Below are positions 53,343 to 64,000 of a stretch of DNA of 64,000 bases, in pieces (position 1 is the stretch's first letter; each line of letters opens with the position of its first letter). This DNA is from Octopus vulgaris. Lineage: Eukaryota. Position numbers and translations under genes: made by a program. The DNA lies in the NCBI GenBank assembly GCA_951406725.2, contig OX597840.1, forward strand, positions 2,976,001-3,040,000, written 5' to 3'. Below the pieces are notes generated by a model, which had not been told where the DNA came from, made no database searches, and was given only the letters and a program-made list of their open reading frames with translations.

Positions 53343-53458
53343 AAAACTGACAGCTGTTTCGGCAGTGAGGACAGTCATACCTCATTTAACCTATAAGCCA
53401 TAAAGGCAGGTATAAATGAGGCATTAACAAAGATGCCCCACGGCCTCTTCAGAGAATT
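53343..53458 (-). ncRNA. Type I hammerhead in the 3' pseudo-LTR (sense to the ORF)
   Basis: Reverse complement of 56651-56766. Confidence 0.8.
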
Positions 53459-53795
53459 AAATTAAATTTGTTATAATAGTGAAAAATATTATATAATCAT
53501 ATACATATAAATATAAAAATATAAAAAAGTAAAATATAAAAACTTATACATCATAATGCTACACTTGTATAATATAATACATATTTGTACAAAAAGGAAG
53601 GTAACCAGAACAAAATAAAACAAAATATATAACAGTGTATATATAATATTAATAAGTACCGATATCATACATATTTAGCTAATAGTTTTTTTTATAAAAA
53701 AAAGGGCTAACACATATGGAGATGAAAAATAATAATAATTAAATCCGTGGTACAGTTCATAAAATTCTAAAGCTATAAAAGTTAATAAAAATTAC

Positions 53796-53832
<37 letters not shown>

Positions 53833-55561
53833 GTAATAATAATAAAAAATAATAAAAATAGATACAGTTAAGTTATCACCAAGTCCATCCTTCCAAGATC
53901 GAAATAACTATGAGTTAAGAAATGCTGACCACTAGGTAAAGAAAATTTAGATTAATTCGATTGGCTATTGGTTTGAAATTTAAATCACAAAAGAAAATTA
54001 TACGGTTGGTTAGTCAGGGAACGCCAATATTCACACACGCATCTACAGATCAATCGCACATACACACATAGTTATATGTATATACATACACTTGTACATA
54101 TACATAATCATAAGCAACAACTAACACTTAGATAAACAAATAGGGAAGCAACCATGCTAACACTAAGTCCTTCAAAATTATAACTGAGCCTCAATAACAA
54201 AAAAAGAACCATCCATGCATTCTATAAAATATTTAATTAAGATATAAATGTATTTTTAAATATCAGTATGTTACTAATTCAGATAATTATTTCATGGGTA
54301 ACTTAAAATTTATAACACCGGTTTGTTGCAGAGTAAACATACGGTTGTTAGGTTTATCGTAAGTTTGTTATGATTTAAAGTACGCTAAATTATAAAATAT
54401 AAAATATAAAATATATTAATTTAGATATTATAAATAAGTCACTTATTAACTTAATAAATATAGTGCCAAAATATACCAGTTTAGGCAATAAAAAATAGAG
54501 GGGGAAGTATTAATGTAAACGCTTATGAGAACATCACAGAAATTTTAAATAAATTTTATATTATAAAGACTTAAGATGAAAAGAGATAAAATAAATAAAA
54601 AGGAATAAATACGAAGGAATAAATACGGTTATACACATAATTATAAGTACAAACTAGTATATATGTATTCATATATTATTAAAATTAAATAAAAATAAAT
54701 GATAGATATGTATGTATAAAACTACACCAGTATAAGTAAATAAGTAAAGAATAAATAGGTAACAAATTAAATGACTTGATATGTATGTAAACATCCACAC
54801 TTAAATAGGCAAATAAATAAATAAATAGAAGACTAGATGCAAATATTGATAATATTACAATAAAATGGGAAATAAATAAAAATAAATAAAGTGAATATAT
54901 ATATTTTATATTGTTGAAAGTAAATATGTATGGAAGGATAGTTTAAAGTACAGATCCAGAGGACTATAGATATAAACTAAATATATGAGGCTGGTAACAA
55001 TTATAAAGCAAAATGCATGTAAATGAGAAAATGAAAAAAATGAAAAAGGTTTATCAGTGAATAACATAAGATACAAATTAAGGTGAGTACAAAAAGACCA
55101 AATATATAATAAAAACCTTCCAAATCAGCACATACAAAAAACCCATAATCTCAACCTAAACCCACCAAACTCACAAAAGGCTCTCATATATTACATATTA
55201 TACAATATCATTACATTATCCAGAGCTAGGTATCTAACCAAGATATACATATATACTTTGCAATATACTATGCAATATTGGAAAACTTCAAAAATCACAC
55301 ATTACAAGGCAAATACCAAAATGAATATGTTATTTTATGTCATATTGCATTTCTCTTAAAAAAAACAAACAAAAACCCACATACAAAAACCAAGAAACCA
55401 ATAATACTAGACACATCCAATTAGTTATTATACAAATGTAGCTATAAAAATTATAAAATTATGAAATTTATAAATTGTATACTTTAGAATTATAGAAGAC
55501 CACAGGTATATTTAGTTAAAGAAGGGAATTAAAAAATTGATAATAGTGGAAGTGCTAAGTT

Positions 55562-56101
55562 CTATTTGAATCTAGAAAAGGTGAACGGTAGCCTATGAAT
55601 ACAAAAGAAGCTTTTCTCATTAATGTTATTAATAATTTGCCGACCCGCTTTAATAATGAAGAAAATTTCATTAATACATAGAGAGCATTTTTTATTTTTT
55701 CCATTATACACAGGTGCTGAAGTTAGTATTTTCCAGTTTAATCTAAAATCTAAGTTCTTACTTTTAAGTTCCCAAATATATGCACTTAGCCCTGTAGAGT
55801 ACATTCTATTTTTATTCCTAAAAGTATATCTATGATAATTCCATCTTTGTTTTATGCTATTCATAGTTGCCCCGATATACACTCTACTACTCAATTGTGT
55901 ATCTACAGTGCATTGGTAAACTACCTCCTTCCTGAGGCATTGATTACCAAATACACATTTATTTTTATTTCTGCAATTACAAAGATTAACAGAATGAGGA
56001 AATCTAAGATTGGACACCACCCCTATACTACTATTCACATTATAAGTGTTACAATTGTTATCATCATCCAAACCCAAAATCAACGAATGAGTTAATTCCA
56101 C
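55562..56101 (-). CDS. Penelope-type GIY-YIG endonuclease domain (C-terminal part of a broken ORF)
   Basis: CNCRNKNKC..C..EVVYQC..RVYIGAT..IKQRWNYH..F..STGLSAYIWELK..WKIL..CSLCINE..CIH. Confidence 0.9.
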   Translation of the reverse strand: MELTHSLILGLDDDNNCNTYNVNSSIGVVSNLRFPHSVNLCNCRNKNKCVFGNQCLRKEVVYQCTVDTQLSSRVYIGATMNSIKQRWNYHRYTFRNKNRMYSTGLSAYIWELKSKNLDFRLNWKILTSAPVYNGKNKKCSLCINEIFFIIKAGRQIINNINEKSFFCIHRLPFTFSRFK

Positions 56102-56163
56102 ATTATCGGCTATATTCCTATCACTAGTACTAGTATTGGTAGTAGTGGTATGATCTATTACAT

Positions 56164-56541
56164 TTATATTATCTCTGACAGGTATGGTGCACTCATTATT
56201 AGTAAGGAGGTTGCTCCCATTTGTTCCAAGAAAATTTCTATTCCTATTATTAATGAAGAGGGCAAGTTTTCCTGGTCTAAATTCAATTTTCTATCCTTAT
56301 AGAAGTGATCCAGTTTCTTGTTATTAAAAGAGGAGATGATGGTGGCTAGATTATGAGTAATGCTATATCCCACTCTAACAGTACCGTTGTTAATTAAAGG
56401 ACTAAATTTATTCCTATCCTTACCAAAATGCCTAAAAATAATATTATGCAAAGCTCTCACTATGTTTGTTTTAATCTGCATTGCATACGGGATAATCAAC
56501 CAAAGAGTATCCTTATCAGAATTAGGATTGCCTATAGAATT
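56164..56541 (-). pseudogene. Penelope RT thumb/linker remnant, out of frame with the GIY-YIG part
   Basis: WLIIPYAMQIKTNIVRAL..IIFRHF..INNGTVRVGYS..NLATIISSFN matches the PY..KTNI..KHF..N..TVKVSYS..N..II..HN pattern. Confidence 0.8.
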
Positions 56542-56650
56542 CAAGTGTAGCATTATGATGTATAAGTTTTTATATTTTACTTTTTTATATTTTTATATTT
56601 ATATGTATATGATTATATAATATTTTTCACTATTATAACAAATTTAATTT

Positions 56651-56766
56651 AATTCTCTGAAGAGGCCGTGGGGCATCTTTGTTAATGCCTCATTTATACC
56701 TGCCTTTATGGCTTATAGGTTAAATGAGGTATGACTGTCCTCACTGCCGAAACAGCTGTCAGTTTT
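56651..56766 (+). ncRNA. Type I hammerhead with ~85-nt extended stem II
   Basis: CTGAAGA (56657); GGC.GTGGGG/CCTCAC.GCC and TGCCTCATTTA/TAAATGAGGTA pairings; GAAAC-AGCT-GTC (56749-56760); helix I weak. Confidence 0.8.
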
Positions 56767-57133
56767 GATTTATTTGCATATTGTATTTGTAATTTTTTAC
56801 TTATATCTCTTTATCTTTTTACTTTTACTATTACTGTATATCTCATTTCATTTTATATATTGCCTTTACTCCTATGTAATGGTGTATTAAAGTATGGATT
56901 GAGTATCATCGGATAGTTGATGTTTTATTGATTTAAGTATGTTTCTCCATTCTCTAATTTTGTAGTATTAATTTACGGTAATATTATTACCCTTACCCAT
57001 TTAATACAATAGATGAACTGATTGCTTGACAATTTCTAACATCTATGTATTAATTTTTGTTGGGTACCTATCTAGCAGTATATTGGATATATATTATCCC
57101 ATGGTGGGTTGAATTTTCAACCCCTATCTCATT

Positions 57134-57179
<46 letters not shown>

Positions 57180-57186
57180 CATACAT

Positions 57187-57352
57187 ACGACGGGCTTCTT
57201 TCACTTTCCGTCTACAAAATCCAATCACAAGCCTTTGGTCGGCCCGAGGGTATAGTAGAAGCCTCTTGCCCAAGGTGCCAAGCAGTGGGACTCAACCCGG
57301 AACCATGTGGTTGGTAAGAAAGCTACTTACCACACAGCCACTCCTGCACCTA
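57187..57352 (-). mobile_element. SINE-B 5' half
   Basis: Consensus match. Confidence 0.85.
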
Positions 57353-57732
57353 TGTATGTATATATTTATAGCGAAGCATCGTACGCGATAACATGATATC
57401 GTTTAAACGAAAAAGGAAGCAAAAAAACCACAGGCAGCTAACTTCATAACTCAAACATTTTATGCGATTCTTAACTTCCCTGCATTGTCAATTTAAACGA
57501 AGTTTTATTTCACCCAACTCCAGTATAGTGCAAAATCCAATTAGAATTTTTTTGTTGACATCCATAATTTGGAACCAAAGTCGCATAAATAGATTCACTG
57601 AATATATCTTTAATATTTTTTAAGTAAATAAAAAAATAGTAGAATGATTATTAGATTATAATAACTCTCCAATTCTCTCTTTTCCTTGCATAATCGTGGT
57701 GGTATATCTCTTCTCTTCTCTCTCTCTTTCTG

Positions 57733-57805
<73 letters not shown>

Positions 57806-57806
57806 A

Positions 57807-57872
<66 letters not shown>

Positions 57873-58103
57873 CATTTGATAGAGAGCTTCATGAAATCAA
57901 AGCATTACGTTTAAACAGAACGCTTCGCTAAATTGCTCTCTCTGTAAAGCGAGATGAGATACGAAGCTTGCCCTCGCAGGCGTATATCCATGACAAATGT
58001 GTACTTTGGTTTGTCAGTGCGCTTTTGTATGCTCGTATGTGTGCGACTATATGTACGTGTATGTATCTGTGCGTGTGTGTATGTGTACATACATACCTAA
58101 TAC

Positions 58104-58225
<122 letters not shown>

Positions 58226-58405
58226 TATACATCTACATATTAATATATATGTATATAAACTTACATATATGTTTGTGTTTGTGTGTGTGTGTAAGTATAT
58301 ATATATATATATATATATACTAACTCAGATAATAAAATACACACGCACATATATGCCACCCTTGATGATATAAAAATTTATGTAACTATATAGAATTTGC
58401 ATGGA

Positions 58406-58491
<86 letters not shown>

Positions 58492-58529
58492 AGTATGTAT
58501 ATATATAGATAGATGGTTTTAGATAGATA

Positions 58530-58756
58530 TGCGAGTGAACTGGCCGAATCGCTTGAATCGGGCGAAATGCTTAGCAGTATTTCTTCTGCCTCTACGCTCT
58601 GAGTTCAAATTCAGCCAAGGTCGACTTTACCTGTCATCCTTTCGGGGTCGATTAAATAAGTACCAATTACGCACTGGGGTTGATGTAATCGACGTAATCC
58701 GTTTGTCTTTCTTTGTTCGTCCCCTCTGTGTTTAGCCCCTTGTGGGCAATAAAGAA

Positions 58757-58760
<4 letters not shown>
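58530..58760 (+). mobile_element. SINE-A monomer
   Basis: Consensus match, tail CCCCTTGTGGGCAATAAAGAAAT. Confidence 0.85.
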
Positions 58761-58833
<73 letters not shown>

Positions 58834-59233
58834 TGCATAAATATATATGCATATACATATGTATCTGTATATATATATATATATACATAGATATATCTAT
58901 CTAGACAGATAGATCGATAGGTAGAAAGACAGGTACGTATAAATAAAGATACATATATTAAGGTATATATGTACGTATGTATACTGCTAGATCGTACATT
59001 GCTTAATGTTTTGACTTTCCCTGGGTTTGATTCTATAATATATTCGATAATTAAAAACTTTACCAAGTAAACACCATTTAAAGCTAGTATCTCAATCGCA
59101 AATTGCTATTTAAAAATTGACATTGAGTATATTAAATGTAAACGTAAATTCATACACAGATAAAAATGTGTAGCATATTTGAATATGCAAAGAGATTACT
59201 TAAAATGCTCCTGCACATTGTTCTTCCTTCGAT

Positions 59234-59569
59234 AGACAAATTGTGTTATAAGCGTTCTAGGTAGAGCAAGCTTTTGTGTCCATTAGGTTGTTTATCGAAG
59301 TTAGAATATGATGTATTATTTCAGAAAATGTTCCACACAAGCGACATTTTGTTATCTGTTTTGCAGGAATTGTGTAGTGTTTTCAGTATATCTATCACTG
59401 ATGTAGTTCACTTGTCTCAGAAAAATGACAATGCGAAAATACTGTGGAAATTTAGCATACTAACAAGACCACGAGATTTCTGACTATCTCAGCGAATAAT
59501 ACCAACATCGTCACATTAGGGAAATTTAGAAAATTCTTAAGTTACGCTTTCAAAGATGTCGGCTTTGAA
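59234..59569. repeat. Inverted copy of 51048-51383
   Basis: Reverse-complement match. Confidence 0.92.
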
Positions 59570-60269
59570 GTAAACTTCTCATACGTTACATTATTGCTAA
59601 ACAGCGATAAGCAACAGCTATATAGGAAACTGAAGGAAGGCTCGTATACATCAACGCAAGCGAAATAATCTCTACAAAACCAAAACTGATATACCAAAAG
59701 CACACATTATATGGCAATGGCTTAATATAAATTTAAGTATCACTACTTCAATCACGTCTCTTCTTTCTGAAATACCGAGAAATGGAATGTTATAAACTAT
59801 TAAATTATTTTGCAAATTGAAACACAGCAAAAGTAAATTCGACATCCTCTGATATATAGTTGAAAGATAAAAGCCGCACATAAATGAAATAAGAATCGGC
59901 AGATTATGCACTTCTGAAACGAGTTTCATACTAACGAAACTTAAAGAAATACGATGTCTACTTAAACGTTGGATCCGAGATATTCAACAAATACTGACAA
60001 CCCAGAAAGTTTCGTTTATCACAGTGGGAAATAAAATTAACTAAATATATTATACATTAACTAAATATACTATACTGAGATTCCTATTGAAAATACCCAT
60101 ACACATGTACATCGACGATTTTCTGGATACTGACGGTGCAATCACAGTTCGACTGTAGGTATAATGGCAAATGAATACCTGAATATCTCACAAGACGGTA
60201 GAATATTTCGTTGATTGGCGATGGGTAGCCTTGTATTTTATATGTAATCATCTGAATATCTACATGTTG

Positions 60270-60525
60270 ATAGACGGTATTGTATGGTGGAAACTGTGGG
60301 GAAGCTAGGCGTATTTGAGATTGTCTGCCGCGAACCGATTTACAATAGTGGTTGATTTATATATGTCCATGCGACTTAGTGGTTCGCATCAAAACAGACA
60401 GGATAAGTACCAGAGATTTTAAAAATTAATTAGGTTCGATCTGGCGATTATTAAGTTCGATTTATCGACTGAATGCTCCAAGTTAGTACCACAGCATGGC
60501 CGCATTCGAATTACCGAAACAAGCA
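60270..60525 (+). mobile_element. Highly diverged SINE-B 3' half
   Basis: ACTTAG.GGTTCG..GATAAGTAC..CAGCATGGCCGCA..GAAACAAG. Confidence 0.55.
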
Positions 60526-61173
60526 TTCAAAGGTAAGTATTTAATCATAATTCTGCAGAGTGCCTGGTATACAAATGAATTTATAAATTACAGGTAAATA
60601 TTAATAGTAGCTTACTATACATATGAATTTACCTAAAGTTTATTTCAAGAGTAGAAGGAAAGGGTGTGGAGAGAAGAATGTTTTTTTTTCTAAAGAATAA
60701 TGTACTAACCATGAAGCATGATACGAACATTTTTGCTATTCTTTTTACTCTCCGAATAGAATAATAAGCTAAATTTACATCTGTCTAAAACTAAATAAGG
60801 AAGACTTTAAAAAAATAACTATTATTTAACTACGTTAAATGTGCAAGGTTTCTAATATACAGGTTGTTTTCACATAAATATTTATTATATGTTTGTGTCT
60901 GGGTTGAGCGTGTGAGTGCCTGTCCGTGTCCGTGTTCCTGTGTATGTGTGTATGTGTGTGTGTTTGCTTGTAAGTGCGTGTGCACGTGTGCATAATTTGT
61001 ATATATGTGTACATGCGTATGGAAGACCATATGTGTGTATGTGCATGTCAGTATATATATATATATATATATATGCAAGTATGAACGTATTTATAGATTA
61101 TGTGTGTATGTATGCAGATGTATACATATTTAGACGCATATAGATATACACATATATGTATGTATATATATGC

Positions 61174-61213
<40 letters not shown>

Positions 61214-61218
61214 GTATA

Positions 61219-61257
<39 letters not shown>

Positions 61258-61510
61258 TTATATATACATATATATTTATACCTATATACGTATATATGTA
61301 TGCTTCACATATATATATCTAAAACTCATACACATATTTACAGATGTATGTATGTCTGTATATAGATATATACAAGCATACACACATCCATAATATATAT
61401 TTATATAACGATATCTATTTACACATACATTCATATATAGGCATATACATATACAAATCCACATACACACATATACTGTGTATGAGTGTGCATATATATA
61501 AATATGTATA

Positions 61511-61549
<39 letters not shown>

Positions 61550-62048
61550 GATATGGGAGTGTCTGTGTTTGTGTCTCTATCTATATATGCAAATGGCGTA
61601 ATGCAAAACTTATTTCTGCAATTTCAATTGCATTCTTCAGACGAATTGCACCTAACCTTTCATGTTAGGCAGATATTGGACATATATACACAGAACATTC
61701 TTCCATAGCTTTTTTCTTCAATACCAGTTGCAGAACATGAAGAAGTCTTGTAGAAGAGATTAGATGCAACAACTTTACATATTTTTCTTTCATTTTATTT
61801 ATCAAGAATTTCTTCTATTTTTTTTATTTCTTTCTTCTGTTTTTTTTTTGTTTTTGTTTTGAACATTATTTATTCGCTTTTGGAAAAGAAGTTTTCTTGA
61901 AATAGTTACCACAAGCAGACACAATACTATGACGTCAATTTGAAGATGCGCCGGAAATATTAGCCACGAATGATGATCAAAGACAATAGAAAACAAGTTC
62001 TGCAACCATGTGGTATATGCTTATATATACACACACACACACACACAT

Positions 62049-62117
<69 letters not shown>

Positions 62118-62323
62118 CATGCGCATATACATATACAAATGTGTATGTATATATATATGTGTGTGTGTGTATACATACATATATATATATACACATGTAT
62201 ATATATAATATATGTATATATGCAGATATATGCATCTATACATGTATATGTGTGTGTATGCATAAACGCTTCTCTGTGTCTGGATGTAAACATACAATTA
62301 TACAACTGCAAGCATATATGAAC

Positions 62324-62394
<71 letters not shown>

Positions 62395-62536
62395 TGCATT
62401 TGTAAATTATATTTAGATAGATAGATAAACCGATATATATACGCATATATATTTTTATATACATATATCTATAATCATACGTATATACACATATATGTAT
62501 AGATAGATCTATTGATAGACAGACATACAGACAGGC

Positions 62537-62569
<33 letters not shown>

Positions 62570-62686
62570 CATACATACATACATACATACATACATACAT
62601 AAATAGATACATAGATACATAGATAGATACATACATACATAAATAGACAGATAGATACATAGATAGATAGATACATACATACATAT

Positions 62687-62753
<67 letters not shown>

Positions 62754-63294
62754 TATAGATAGATAGATAGATAGATAGATAGACAGATAGGCGAGCGAGA
62801 CAGATTGAGAGATATAGTAGATGCATACTTATCCATACTTAGACATATTCCTGTCTATAATATAACAGCTTTTGTCGTAAGCATGTATAAAACACACAAC
62901 TGTGTTCTAGTAAATCATTATTTCAATATGTTTCCTAATTTTTCTATATAAGTTTCTTATAGCCATTTTGTAATGCTAATTTCTTATATCTTTCATCATA
63001 TATCATAGACATCCATGTTTCTTTTATTTTCAGGGTGAAGTATTCGATAGTCTGTAATTCTCATAATTGGAATGCCGTGCAGTATCTACATTATTCTCAC
63101 TGAACTTGATTAGCGTAAAAATTGTAATACACGCCAGTTTTACTTCGTCTTGCAGATGGTATTGTGAAAGTCTAGAAGCGTAACTGTTTCATTGAGGATG
63201 TTTACTATTACTTAAAAATTAGCAGAAAGTCATAAAATAAGAGGAATAATACAAACAGATACAGAATAAAACGTATATATATATATACAAGCAA

Positions 63295-63570
63295 TAATAA
63301 AACTCTGAACGAGGTATAAACAGTAACTGCACAACAATGTGAGGTATATTTGCCATCTCAATATGGCTAACCACTAAGAGTGGGTGTTACTGTAGCTTGT
63401 AGCCCCAGGAGATCATCGTCTCCAGCTGGCTATTGACACACACTTTCTGTGCCCTATCGGATTTGCAAAGGGAGGTCATCCTTCCTTCGTCAACCTAAGT
63501 GATACGCACGGACTGCAGTTTCTAGGTCTTGACCCGTCATTAGCATACGACAATCATCGCTTTTTGATGA
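63295..63570 (-). mobile_element. Mini-element of the 30812-31152 family
   Basis: Shared CTCTGA.CGAG.TATAAACAGTA, TAGC.CCAGGA, GACACACA.T.TCTGTG and GGGAGGTCATC blocks; right boundary uncertain. Confidence 0.65.
63505..63549 (-). ncRNA. Type I hammerhead with a G5A change
   Basis: CGTATG-CTAATGA-CGGGTC-AA-GACCTA-GAAAC-TGCA-GTC-CGTGCG. Confidence 0.7.
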
Positions 63571-63757
63571 AAGGAGTTCCCAATGCAAATATAAAAATGT
63601 GGCTTTAGAGTCAGATCATGGCTGCTATTTTCAGCATGGTGGTATCTCGTAGATACTCTAATTTATAATTTTAATAATTATTACCTTTGAAGGTTATTTT
63701 TTCCAGGCTGATCACTTGATAAAATCGTTATTTTATTTTTAAATTAACGATCTTATC

Positions 63758-63822
<65 letters not shown>

Positions 63823-64000
63823 CAATATAAGGAATGGCCATAATAGGACATTCGACTCGCTAGAAAGAGCAGCCAATATATTTATTAATATATATATATA
63901 TATATATATATATCAGTGGAAAGGGTAAATATATTTCTATTTATTTTCATTTTTATTTATTTATAATTATTTATTCGTTTTTCGTTGCTATGAAGGTCCT

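Larger units (their letters stand above)
53140..57140 (-). mobile_element. 5'-truncated Penelope-like retroelement with inverted pseudo-LTR arms (53140-53567 / 56542-56967) in (TA)n
   Basis: RT-thumb/linker plus GIY-YIG coding remnant, ~2.4-kb AT-rich 3' region, hammerhead in each arm, ~170-bp tail on the inverted arm. Confidence 0.9.

Overview
Gene-desert/intronic animal DNA, very AT-rich and saturated with (TA)n, (CA)n, (TATG)n, (GATA)n and (AAT)n microsatellites. The SINE families and repeat density look like Octopus (inference). No host protein-coding exon is supportable; nearly all ORF-track entries are translated microsatellites or SINEs. Identifiable content: about 20 copies of a tRNA-head SINE with an internal microsatellite (SINE-B); about 11 loci of a second tRNA-head SINE (SINE-A), several as head-to-tail multimers; two smaller SINE families; three R4/Dong-type RLE non-LTR remnants; two CR1-like 3' ends; a tandem array of HERO/Zebulon-like 3' ends; two non-autonomous Helitrons; Tc1/mariner remnants; and a 5'-truncated Penelope-like element (GIY-YIG) with apparently identical inverted ~427-bp arms. 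Main observation: at least a dozen short non-coding elements, mostly in (TA)n tracts and from about nine sequence families, each fold into a type I hammerhead ribozyme (CUGANGA-stem II-GAAA-stem III-NUH). Many are long DNA hairpins with the ribozyme on both strands, most have a palindromic minimal stem III, and several families carry recurrent non-canonical cores. Coordinates and folds were read by eye; boundaries are approximate and no activity is shown.
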